IMG/VR virus record: IMGVR_UViG_3300028666_000023
Span: 129,845 to 193,844 of that record
Length of the DNA stretch: 64,000 bases
Source: a virus
Strand: one strand, 5' to 3'
Part shown: positions 54,341 through 62,876 of the stretch, one piece after another
Numbering within the stretch: the stretch's first letter is position 1
Layout: each line of letters begins with the position of its first letter
Notes under the pieces: model-generated
What the model was told of the DNA's origin: nothing
What the model saw: only the letters and a program-made list of their open reading frames with translations
Database searches by the model: none
Made by a program: the position numbers and the translations under genes

Positions 54341-55471
54341 TCAGAACTGGGTGACGTTGGGGAACTTGAGCCCCGCGTCGACCTGGTTGTTCGGAGCGCC
54401 GAGCGAGTCCTCGCTGACCGGCACGAAGTTGGACAAGAGGCTGTCCGCGTTCGTGTTCGGGTTCGCGTCGGCCGAGTAGAGCTCGAGCTTGCGAACCGCG
54501 GCGATGTTGATGATCGCCATGCCGATGTCTTCCCACGCTTGGAACGTGATGACGTTGGCGATCTTGTCGATGTAGAACTTGGTGTTGTTCAGGACGTAGA
54601 ACTTCCCGAAGAACTCCGGCTTCGTGAAGACGTAGACGTTGCCTGCACGCAGGATGTCCGTCTTCACCGTACGGATGTACGAACGACCCATGAGGGTGTT
54701 GTACTTGAAGCCGTCGACCGCCGTCTCCGACTGGAGACGATCGCCGAAGTCCTCGACCGTCCACTGGAGGATGTCGTCCCAGTCGACCTCCGTCATGAGG
54801 AGGCGCTCCGAACGAAGGCGGTTGCCGTCGAGGAGCTTGAACAGGTTGACGAGGTCGGGGCGCTGGATCGGGCGCACCGTCGCGTCGTTGCCGGTCGCGT
54901 TGCGCGCGAGCTCGCCCTTGCGGATCGAGAACTCGACGACCGTGCCGGCCTGGAGCGACGACGCGTTGAGCGCGTGGCCGTTGCCGCCACCGTTCGACTG
55001 CGCCTGGAGCGCCTGGCATGCCGCCTCGACGTTCACCGTGAACTCGCGGTCCTCGACCTCTTGCAGGTCTTTGACCGAGTTTTCCTCGATGATCTTCGTG
55101 ATCGGCATCTCGTACGCGAGGAGCTCCTGCTCCGTCTTCTGGAAGACTTCCGAGGAGACGGTGAAGAAGCCGACTTCCGCCTTCGAACCGCGGATGAAGC
55201 GGGCCGTCGGCTGACCGCGGAACGAGATCGTGAGCGCGCGGCTTTGCGGCTCGACGTCCACGATCTTGACCAGCGTGTCGTGGTTGACGGAGCGCTGACA
55301 GTCGGTGCGCGTCACCTGCTCCGGGGGGATGATCTTGCGCGAGTAAGCAACCTCGCGAAGACGGTCACGGATGTACGACCCACCGTACTCCGCCATTTTC
55401 TCTTTACCCTCGCTCGAGCCGAGCTTCTGGGTGAAGAGTTCGTTCAGGACTCGTGCCGGAACTGCGCTCAT
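54341..55471 (-). CDS. Major capsid protein (HK97-fold)
   Basis: 376 aa; strong SD and codon bias; follows protease/scaffold genes and precedes a terminator; IRDRLRE..YSRKII, DLQEVEDREF. Confidence 0.8.
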   Translation of the reverse strand: MSAVPARVLNELFTQKLGSSEGKEKMAEYGGSYIRDRLREVAYSRKIIPPEQVTRTDCQRSVNHDTLVKIVDVEPQSRALTISFRGQPTARFIRGSKAEVGFFTVSSEVFQKTEQELLAYEMPITKIIEENSVKDLQEVEDREFTVNVEAACQALQAQSNGGGNGHALNASSLQAGTVVEFSIRKGELARNATGNDATVRPIQRPDLVNLFKLLDGNRLRSERLLMTEVDWDDILQWTVEDFGDRLQSETAVDGFKYNTLMGRSYIRTVKTDILRAGNVYVFTKPEFFGKFYVLNNTKFYIDKIANVITFQAWEDIGMAIINIAAVRKLELYSADANPNTNADSLLSNFVPVSEDSLGAPNNQVDAGLKFPNVTQF

Positions 55472-55504
55472 GATGTTTCTCTCCTTTCCTTCTTGTTGTT
55501 CCGG

Positions 55505-56026
55505 TTACGAGCGCCAGCCCGAGATGAACCGGAGCTGACCGCCGTTGTTGGCCGGCAGCTTGGTGACGTACCCGATGATCGGGTCCGAGTTGACTCCGTT
55601 GTGACCGATGATGCCGACGTAGTTGCGGCCACCGATGGCGATGGTCGCGACCTTCAACGGCTGCAGGACGGTCGTGATCGCGGCGCCGCTGTTGTTCGTC
55701 GCCGTCGCATCGAAGATGCGGGTGTCGAACTCGTAGTCGCCACGGAAGAGGACGGGCATCTTGTGCAAGCTCATCGCCTGCACGTCGTAGCGCCCGCGCT
55801 CCGCGAAGAGCGGGAACGAGCGGACCGACGCGGCGGCCGAGCCCGAGGTGACGTCGCACGCGCGGATGATCTGGTAGCTCGAGTTGAGCGTCATCCACTC
55901 GCCGTCGACCAGCGCGACCGCGTTGAGCGGCTGCGCCAGCGTCGGGTCCGCGAGGGCGAAGTCTCGGCGTTGAATCGGCAGGATGTCCGAGACGGGGGTG
56001 AAGTTGATCTTCTGCACGGTCGACAT
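55505..56026 (-). CDS. Capsid decoration/stabilising protein
   Basis: Small beta-rich gene just upstream of the capsid gene. Confidence 0.55.
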   Translation of the reverse strand: MSTVQKINFTPVSDILPIQRRDFALADPTLAQPLNAVALVDGEWMTLNSSYQIIRACDVTSGSAAASVRSFPLFAERGRYDVQAMSLHKMPVLFRGDYEFDTRIFDATATNNSGAAITTVLQPLKVATIAIGGRNYVGIIGHNGVNSDPIIGYVTKLPANNGGQLRFISGWRS

Positions 56027-56057
56027 GTTCTTTTCCTCCTACGAATGCTCGGAGCGG

Positions 56058-56420
56058 TCAGCCCGCGTCACCGAGAATGAACCGCTCCAAATCGTTCGAA
56101 CCGGAGGAATCCCCGCGTTCGTGGTTGCTCACCGAGCCGATCTTGGACCCCATGTCCGGACCGACCAGGTCAACAGCTTTTTCGATGGTGTCGAGCTTCT
56201 CAGCCGCCGTCTTCTGCAGACGGTCCGCGAGGTCTTCGACTGAGACGTCGAGCTCGATGCCCTTGCGGTGCATCTCCGACGCGATCTTCTCGGCGCGATC
56301 TTTCTTCTCCGTCGAGGCGAGCTTTTCCTCGAGCTCGTGGATGTACGCCTGTTGCCCCCGAAGCTGCGTTGCAGCGTCCGAGAGCACTCCGGCGATCTGC
56401 GCGTTGCTGACCTTGTCCAT
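56058..56420 (-). CDS. Putative scaffold protein
   Basis: Coiled coil; KLAS, KIAS, KTAA. Confidence 0.55.
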   Translation of the reverse strand: MDKVSNAQIAGVLSDAATQLRGQQAYIHELEEKLASTEKKDRAEKIASEMHRKGIELDVSVEDLADRLQKTAAEKLDTIEKAVDLVGPDMGSKIGSVSNHERGDSSGSNDLERFILGDAG

Positions 56421-56432
56421 CGTTCGTTCCTT

Positions 56433-57824
56433 TCAGGCGCGCGCGCCCGACTCCTTGTTCTTGTCCGCGTCGATCGACGCAGCGAGCTTGGAGAGCAGCG
56501 CGCTCGCGGCCGCCGTCTTCACCGACTCCCCCGCGGGCGGAGGTTGCTGGTCGACGCCCTCTGCCGAGGCGATCTTCGGCCCAGCTTGAGGAGTGTGGGA
56601 GAAGGCGACCTGGAGCGTCTTGTCGTGCTCCGCGCTCATGGCGGGCTCGGCGAAGTACTTCTTGAGGTCCTCTTTGCGGTTGGCGTACGCCTCGCCGCGC
56701 TTCAAGTCGATGGCGCCCTTGTTGGACATCACGTGTCCCGTCGGGCCCTGCGGCGCGCCGCCTGCCGGCTGCTGCGGGATGCGCTCGCCGCTCTCGACCG
56801 CTGCCGGAGGAACGGCCTTGCCGGCGGAGATCTGAGCCGGGTTGATCGCGTCCTCGGCCGCCTTCACACGACCCGCCATGTAGTCGGCGAGCGACGCTTC
56901 CTTGTTCTCCGGCTCGGACTTGTGCGCCTTCTCGGCCTCCTCGAGGCCTTTCTTCGCGGCGTCGAGACCCTCGGTCTCTTTCTTCTCGTGCTCGTCGGAC
57001 GCGAGCTTCGCGCGAACGAGGCCGACCACGCCAGCCGTCTTGCCGCCGTAGTTCTTCTCGATCTGCTTCTGGTGCTCGGCCGGAGCGTGATTGAGGTTCG
57101 TCTCGTTCTTCGTCGTGCCGTGCTCCGCGGGCAGGCCCTTCTCGGAGCCCGTGTGCATCGGGACGACGTGCACGCCCTGACCCTTGTGGTCGGGGAGCGT
57201 TCCGCTCGCGGTCGCCTGGCTCACGCCGGGCGGCGACGTCACGAGGTGCTCGCTGAGGTGGTACGGGCCGTGAAGGTCCGCGCCTTCCTTGATCTTGTCC
57301 GCCAAGAAATCGAGAGCGCTCGCGAGCTTCTCGACGTCCTGGTCCGACGCCTTCTTCTCCGACTTGTGCTTGTGTTCGCACTCGCTCATCGGACAGTCGT
57401 GCTCGGAGCACTTCTCGCCAGCGACCTTCGCCGTTTGGAGAGCGGCCTCGTGCGCGACGTTCACGTTCGCGCGGCGCGCGGACTCCGCCATCGCGGTCTT
57501 CACGAGGTCTTGCATCATCGGGCGGGCAATCGTCTTGGACATGATGGAGTGTTCTCCGGCAGAAGCTTTCTTGGGCAGCATCTCAGCACCGCGAGGGGGG
57601 AGCGACTTCTGTGCTGAAGCGCCCGCATCCGCGACTGGCGGAGTTCCTGTGTTGACTCGGGTGTAGTTCGTTCGCGGTGACAGACCTGCCGGCCCCTGCT
57701 TTCCGGGTGCCGGCGTTGGATCGATGGAGGGAGTGGGGAGCGGGGAGGCTGCGGACGCTCCGGTAGAAGATGGAGCTTCGGCGGGTGCCGCGCCCTTCTT
57801 CTGTAGAAATCCGGATTGCATCAC
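56433..57824 (-). CDS. Putative scaffold/core protein
   Basis: More than ten KxA motifs; alternative start at 57542. Confidence 0.6.
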   Translation of the reverse strand: MMQSGFLQKKGAAPAEAPSSTGASAASPLPTPSIDPTPAPGKQGPAGLSPRTNYTRVNTGTPPVADAGASAQKSLPPRGAEMLPKKASAGEHSIMSKTIARPMMQDLVKTAMAESARRANVNVAHEAALQTAKVAGEKCSEHDCPMSECEHKHKSEKKASDQDVEKLASALDFLADKIKEGADLHGPYHLSEHLVTSPPGVSQATASGTLPDHKGQGVHVVPMHTGSEKGLPAEHGTTKNETNLNHAPAEHQKQIEKNYGGKTAGVVGLVRAKLASDEHEKKETEGLDAAKKGLEEAEKAHKSEPENKEASLADYMAGRVKAAEDAINPAQISAGKAVPPAAVESGERIPQQPAGGAPQGPTGHVMSNKGAIDLKRGEAYANRKEDLKKYFAEPAMSAEHDKTLQVAFSHTPQAGPKIASAEGVDQQPPPAGESVKTAAASALLSKLAASIDADKNKESGARA

Positions 57825-57842
57825 AGCCTCCCATCGCTCAGC

Positions 57843-58610
57843 TCACTTCCACTGGACCGGGTACTTGGCGGCCTCGAGGAGCTCGAGGGCGCGGATGCCG
57901 ATCGCTTGTTCGTACGGCGCGGCTGCCGTCTTGGTCGTCTCGGGCGCGAGAGCGAGGGTGCGAACCGCGGCGATCTTCGCCTCGCAGTCCTTCTCGTCGA
58001 AGCCCGCTTCCTTCGCCATCGCGAGCGCGGCCTTCGCTGCGAGGTCGTCGAACGCCGAACCCGAGGCCTTCTTCTCCTCGTGCTCTTCCTTCTTCTCCTC
58101 GTGCTTCGGCGGCTCGTGTTTCTCGCCTTCGCTGTCCTTGTGCTCTTCCTTGCCCTTCATGTGGGCGGCGAGCGCCGGCGGGAGCTCGGCAGCCTTCTCG
58201 GCCGAGGCGATCTTGCGGAGCTCGTGGACGTACGCGTGGGCCATGATGCGGCCCATGGCGTCGGCCTCTTCGGCTCGCTTCGCCATCGCGTGCTTCTCCT
58301 CGTGCTCTTTCTTCGCGGCTTCTTCCTTCTTCTCTTCCTCTTTCTTCTCCTCGGAGGCCGTCTTGGCCGTCGGGGCGGCGGGGGCCGCAGGAGCCGCGGG
58401 GGCGGCGGCCGTCTTGGCCTGCGCGTAGCGCTCCGAGAAGTCGTTGTAGAGGGCCTGGACTTGGTCGTCCTTCATCGACTTGAGGTCGATGTTCTGCTCG
58501 GCGGCGAGCTTGCAGAAGAGATCGACCGTCGCTTGAGTCTCGAGGTCTTCTTGCGAGGCCGAAGCCGTCTTGGTGCCGTAGTACTCGGCGAGGAACGCGT
58601 CCATGCTCAT
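57843..58610 (-). CDS. Putative scaffold/core protein
   Basis: Highly charged; KTAS twice, KIAS, KTAA. Confidence 0.65.
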   Translation of the reverse strand: MSMDAFLAEYYGTKTASASQEDLETQATVDLFCKLAAEQNIDLKSMKDDQVQALYNDFSERYAQAKTAAAPAAPAAPAAPTAKTASEEKKEEEKKEEAAKKEHEEKHAMAKRAEEADAMGRIMAHAYVHELRKIASAEKAAELPPALAAHMKGKEEHKDSEGEKHEPPKHEEKKEEHEEKKASGSAFDDLAAKAALAMAKEAGFDEKDCEAKIAAVRTLALAPETTKTAAAPYEQAIGIRALELLEAAKYPVQWK

Positions 58611-58612
58611 GT

Positions 58613-60373
58613 TCAGATCCTCCGAAGGAGATTGTGGAAGTCCACGTGTTCCTCGACGGCGGCGCCGTCTCCACGGAGACGTTGTGCTGAAGGTTCTACC
58701 GACTTCTGGTCAGAACTGCAAACCGGGATTTCATCTCGGAAGGCGAGCTTCAGATAGTTGGCGGTGAGAGGAGTGAACAACTCCTCGGCTGACGCTGACG
58801 CGAGTTTGTTCAACTCGGTCGGTGCCACCGTCGCCATCAGGTCTTGCGTGTGAGGGATGAGATCCATGAGCCGGAGTCGGTATCCGTTGTAGGCAGCTCC
58901 TATCTTACGCAGTAGCGGAGAAGAAAGAGAAGAGGGCGAGCCCTTCTTTTCTTTGGGGGTCTCTCCGGTTACTACGACCCTCTTCTCGATGAACGGGCCA
59001 AGCGCAGAGCGTTCTCCCAGCAGCGGAAGAAGAAGGCGCGCGAGTCCGCCGGAGAAAGAAGAGGGTCCGAGAGCCATGTCTTCGATCTCGTCGGTCTTCG
59101 GAAAGCTGGCGTTCGCTCGATCGAGATGGTCGGCTTCCTCTCGTTTTCCGAGCTGGATGAGGATGATGCGCTGGAACTCACGCGGACGGAGAACAACGCC
59201 CAGTCCCCCGGTAGTCGAGAGGGCCGTCTCCGGAGAAACAGCTGCGAGGGCATCGAGAATCTCCTTCGGGAGATCGCCTTCATGCTTCGTCAGCAGCGGG
59301 ACCGCGCTGCCGGCGAACTGGCTCGGCACGGTGTCCTTCACGATCTCCGCGTCTTTCTTCTTGGCGAGCTTGCCGACGAACGCGACCTTCAACGGGTCGT
59401 CGATCGACGCGGTCTTCTCGTGTTCTTCTCCCGCATGGAAAGAAGACTCGAGCGCTTCTTCGTAGCCGAGCTTCTCCGCGAGCTGCGCTGACGGAAGCGA
59501 CCACATCTTGCCGCTGTCGGCGATCTTCATCATCACCTTGGCGGTCTTGTCCGCGCCGACGAAGACGAAGCTGATGTCGAAGAACTTCGGGTAGTCGTTG
59601 TAGACGAAGACCTTCCTGCCGTCGGGCAGGATGCGGTTCATCGAACGGCGCGCGTGGTCGCAGTAGTCGTGTCGAGTGATCGAGAGCCCGCGGATGCCGC
59701 CCTTGCCCTCGGACTTCAACCGCTTGTGCACCTCGAGCACCGCATCACCCGGCGTCTTGTGTCGATGCGGAGAGAACGTCGCCTGCGCTGCGCGGTACGC
59801 CTTCCAATCGAGGCAGATGCTGCAGGTGTCGTACGGCACCTTGCAGCCCATCGAAACGTCCACGTACTCGCCGGCCTTGAGTTTGTCCCAGACGCCGGTG
59901 CCGCCGTACTTCTCGCACTTGTCTTTGTCGACGCGCGCGACGAGCTCGACGCGCTTCATCTTCGGATGCCAGGCGGCGAGTTCTACTTCGCCGAACGCGC
60001 GCGACGCGTCCTTGTTCCGATGGTGCGCGTACGGGTGCGCGAAGTAGAACGTCGGGAAGCCGTAGCCCCAGTCCTTGGAGCGCGGCTTGTCGACGAGCGG
60101 ATTGCCCGTCCACGTGTCCGGCTTGTGGATGAGCGCAGCCTCGGGGAAGAAGTCGCCGTTGACGTTCGATCCCCACCACTCGCCGGCGCCCATGGCATTG
60201 AGCAAGACGTACTGCGCGTCGCTGCGCGGCCGGAGCGCGGAGATGTACTTCGACACTTCCGGCAGCAGCTGCGCGGACGCGCTCTTCTCGAACTCGGCGT
60301 CAGCCGGACTGAAGAGGGGGACGACGTTCGCCCCCGAAGGTCCAACGCCGGGAAAGAAGGCGACCTTGAGCAC
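58613..60373 (-). CDS. Prohead (capsid maturation) serine protease with zinc-finger insert
   Basis: NGDFF, HHRNKD, DVSMGC, CSIC...YCDH, FFDISFVFVGAD. Confidence 0.75.
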   Translation of the reverse strand: MLKVAFFPGVGPSGANVVPLFSPADAEFEKSASAQLLPEVSKYISALRPRSDAQYVLLNAMGAGEWWGSNVNGDFFPEAALIHKPDTWTGNPLVDKPRSKDWGYGFPTFYFAHPYAHHRNKDASRAFGEVELAAWHPKMKRVELVARVDKDKCEKYGGTGVWDKLKAGEYVDVSMGCKVPYDTCSICLDWKAYRAAQATFSPHRHKTPGDAVLEVHKRLKSEGKGGIRGLSITRHDYCDHARRSMNRILPDGRKVFVYNDYPKFFDISFVFVGADKTAKVMMKIADSGKMWSLPSAQLAEKLGYEEALESSFHAGEEHEKTASIDDPLKVAFVGKLAKKKDAEIVKDTVPSQFAGSAVPLLTKHEGDLPKEILDALAAVSPETALSTTGGLGVVLRPREFQRIILIQLGKREEADHLDRANASFPKTDEIEDMALGPSSFSGGLARLLLPLLGERSALGPFIEKRVVVTGETPKEKKGSPSSLSSPLLRKIGAAYNGYRLRLMDLIPHTQDLMATVAPTELNKLASASAEELFTPLTANYLKLAFRDEIPVCSSDQKSVEPSAQRLRGDGAAVEEHVDFHNLLRRI

Positions 60374-60379
60374 TGGGCA

Positions 60380-60892
60380 TTACCGCTTCTTCGCGCCCCC
60401 GCCCATCGCCTTGCCGAGCATCATCTGCCCGAGCGGGACGGCGGGACGGAGCTGGTCGCGGTGCGACAACGCTTCGGTGGCGACAGAACCGGCGACGCCG
60501 GTCGGCGCGCCGTCGACCATCTTCTTGACGTACGAGCTCGCGACGACGGGATCTTTGGTGAAGCCCGGGTTGAACGTGCGAAGCGTCGAGAACATCTGGT
60601 TCACGAGGCGGGGATCTTCCTGGTGCATCTGAGCGAGCTCGGCGTCGTACGCGAGCATCTGCTTGAAGTCGTTCGCCTTGGTCATGGCGTCCATGACCTT
60701 CTGCGCGGCGAGGCCAGCGAGACCGACGCCGCCTGCCATCGCCGCACCGCCGAGCGCGCCGCCGAGCGCGCGACCACCGAGGCTGCCCTTCAGGCCCGCC
60801 ATCATGTTACCGCCGAAGCTGCCCGCGTCCGCACCACCGAAGGCCTTCTTCTCGGTGAGGTACTCCGCGAGGGGGTTCTTCTCACTGGCCAC
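60380..60892 (-). CDS. Putative head protein
   Basis: EKKAF; glycine zipper. Confidence 0.65.
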   Translation of the reverse strand: MASEKNPLAEYLTEKKAFGGADAGSFGGNMMAGLKGSLGGRALGGALGGAAMAGGVGLAGLAAQKVMDAMTKANDFKQMLAYDAELAQMHQEDPRLVNQMFSTLRTFNPGFTKDPVVASSYVKKMVDGAPTGVAGSVATEALSHRDQLRPAVPLGQMMLGKAMGGGAKKR

Positions 60893-62084
60893 TTTCGACC
60901 TCGTACTTGTGCATGATGTTCTGTTTGGTGCCGGGGACTTGTTGAAGGGCGAAGTTGCCGGCGGCGCGGACGGGCGCGAGCGCGGGGTCGTGCTTCAAGT
61001 GGGTGTGTGCCTCGTTGGCCGCGGCTGCGATCGCGAGCTGCGGGGACCAATCGATCGCCTTGCCGACGACCTTGCCGGCCGTCTCACCCACGTGCTTCGA
61101 GACGAAAGGGGTCGCCGCGTCGGCTGCCCTCCTGGCGCCCTTGTTGGCCGCGCCGTAGATCTCGCCGAGAGTCGAGGCCTTCTTGATGAAGGTGTCCAGG
61201 TGGCCGACGTGAACGAGTGCTTCCTCGCGCGTCTCGCGCGCCTCGGCGAGCTTGTTCAACGTCTCGCAGAACTCCTGGAACTCCGCGATGAGCGGGTGCT
61301 TCACGTTGAGCGCGCGCGCCGATGCGGTCTTGTCGACCGACGCCGTCATCTGCTCGAGCGAGCGGAAGACTTCTTCGCGCAGCAGGCGCGGCGTCATGAG
61401 CTCGAACGCGACCTTGATGTAGTCGTTGCTCGGCGCGACCTGTTCCCACGCCTGGAGGATGTGGCCGAGCGGGACGCCGGCGAGAGAGGCCTGCTTCACC
61501 TCGTGGTAGACGCGCGAGCCGAGTTCGGCATACGCGATCTCGAGGCCGCTCATCTCCGACTGGAGGTGGGCCGCGTAGCCGGCGAGCTTGTCCTTCAGGG
61601 AGATCGCCTCGGAGAGCGGGTTCTCGTACGGGAGGGGCTCCGGCGCCGTCGAGCCGAAGAGCATCGCGAGCGCGCCTTCGTCGTGCGACGAGGCAGTCTT
61701 CTCCGAAGCTTCTTTCGGCGGGAAGTTGTAGTCCGAGTTGCCCGAGTCGAAGACGGTGCCGCCACCGCCGTCGTTGAGGTCCTTCAAGATCTCGGACGGG
61801 TCCGCCGGGCCACCGTGGAACTCGATGACGCGGTTGGGATTCCCTTCCTTCTTGAACTCCCCGAGGTACGCTGCTGTATTCGCGAACTCGATGACACGCT
61901 TCACTTGCTCGGGAGACAGATGAGCGGCCTTCACCATCGAGGTGACCGAGTCGGTCAGCGTCTTGTACTCGCCGGACTCCCAACGAGCAGCCGCCTGCTT
62001 GCCGAGCACCTCAAGGTGCTCGCCCGAGACGTTTCGCGCGTGCATCTGCTGAAGGAGTCCTTGCCCCGGGAGATCGTCGGACAT
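60882..62084 (-). CDS. Putative head protein
   Basis: LSPEQVKRVIEFAN; KTAS twice; TATTCT 6 nt upstream of ATG. Confidence 0.7.
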   Translation of the reverse strand: MSDDLPGQGLLQQMHARNVSGEHLEVLGKQAAARWESGEYKTLTDSVTSMVKAAHLSPEQVKRVIEFANTAAYLGEFKKEGNPNRVIEFHGGPADPSEILKDLNDGGGGTVFDSGNSDYNFPPKEASEKTASSHDEGALAMLFGSTAPEPLPYENPLSEAISLKDKLAGYAAHLQSEMSGLEIAYAELGSRVYHEVKQASLAGVPLGHILQAWEQVAPSNDYIKVAFELMTPRLLREEVFRSLEQMTASVDKTASARALNVKHPLIAEFQEFCETLNKLAEARETREEALVHVGHLDTFIKKASTLGEIYGAANKGARRAADAATPFVSKHVGETAGKVVGKAIDWSPQLAIAAAANEAHTHLKHDPALAPVRAAGNFALQQVPGTKQNIMHKYEVESGQ

Positions 62085-62822
62085 GTCAGCAGAATAGACC
62101 AAGACGTCGAGCCGAGGAAGAAGCTACCGGAGGGTCTCGTCGACAGAAAGACGGCGGGGCGCATCCTCCAGTTCACGCACCCCAAGCTCACCAAGGAAGT
62201 ACGGCGCGAGGTTTTGGCTCCGGTCATGCATCCGGAGGACGCGCGCGCGGAGCTCTTCTCCGTCACCGACGTCGAGGCCCTCAAGCACGCGCGCAAGGAG
62301 CGGGCGCTCTCACCGCTCCAGACTCGCGTTCTTCTGATGCAGGCTCTCTCCGCTGCGCGGTCCGCCGAGGCGCAGGTGGCGGAGCTGAAGGCGCGGCTCG
62401 GTCTCGAGGTCTCCTTCCTCGATCGAAACGCTGCTGCCGTCGTGAGGCTCTACGAGGACCTGCAGACTCCATCCGCCGAACAGCTTCAGATTCCCTGGCT
62501 GCGGCACTGGGCGGGTGTCCTCGGCGCCGTCGACCACTACTACCTCAGCCTCGCGTCTACGGTGCTCAACACGGAGGAGCCGTGGCTGCCGCTCTTGAAC
62601 TTCGCGGCGGACACCGTGGCGCGTGTGCATCGCGAGTGCAGCGACACGTACGAGAATTCCCCTGCCTTCCGCGATGCCGTGCAGCGGTTTCAACTGGCGC
62701 AGAGGAACCTCTATGCGGTGAGCTTCCTCGCGTGCCGCGCGCGGCTCGGGATGGCGACCGTGAAGAAGCTCTTCCCCGACGGGCTCTCCGCAAAGAACCA
62801 GCTGACGCGGCTCCTCCAATGA
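62061..62822 (+). CDS. Hypothetical protein with possible N-terminal HTH (start uncertain)
   Basis: Fills the gap between minus-strand genes; LVDRKTAGRILQ. Confidence 0.55.
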   Translation: MPREIVGHVSRIDQDVEPRKKLPEGLVDRKTAGRILQFTHPKLTKEVRREVLAPVMHPEDARAELFSVTDVEALKHARKERALSPLQTRVLLMQALSAARSAEAQVAELKARLGLEVSFLDRNAAAVVRLYEDLQTPSAEQLQIPWLRHWAGVLGAVDHYYLSLASTVLNTEEPWLPLLNFAADTVARVHRECSDTYENSPAFRDAVQRFQLAQRNLYAVSFLACRARLGMATVKKLFPDGLSAKNQLTRLLQ

Positions 62823-62828
62823 GGCTGG

Positions 62829-62866
62829 CTTGAATGGCTCTAAGGATCTTCTTAGAGCCATTCAAG
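62829..62866. repeat. Perfect 16-bp inverted repeat
   Basis: CTTGAATGGCTCTAAG-N6-CTTAGAGCCATTCAAG between convergent genes. Confidence 0.85.
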
Positions 62867-62876
62867 TTCACGCCTC

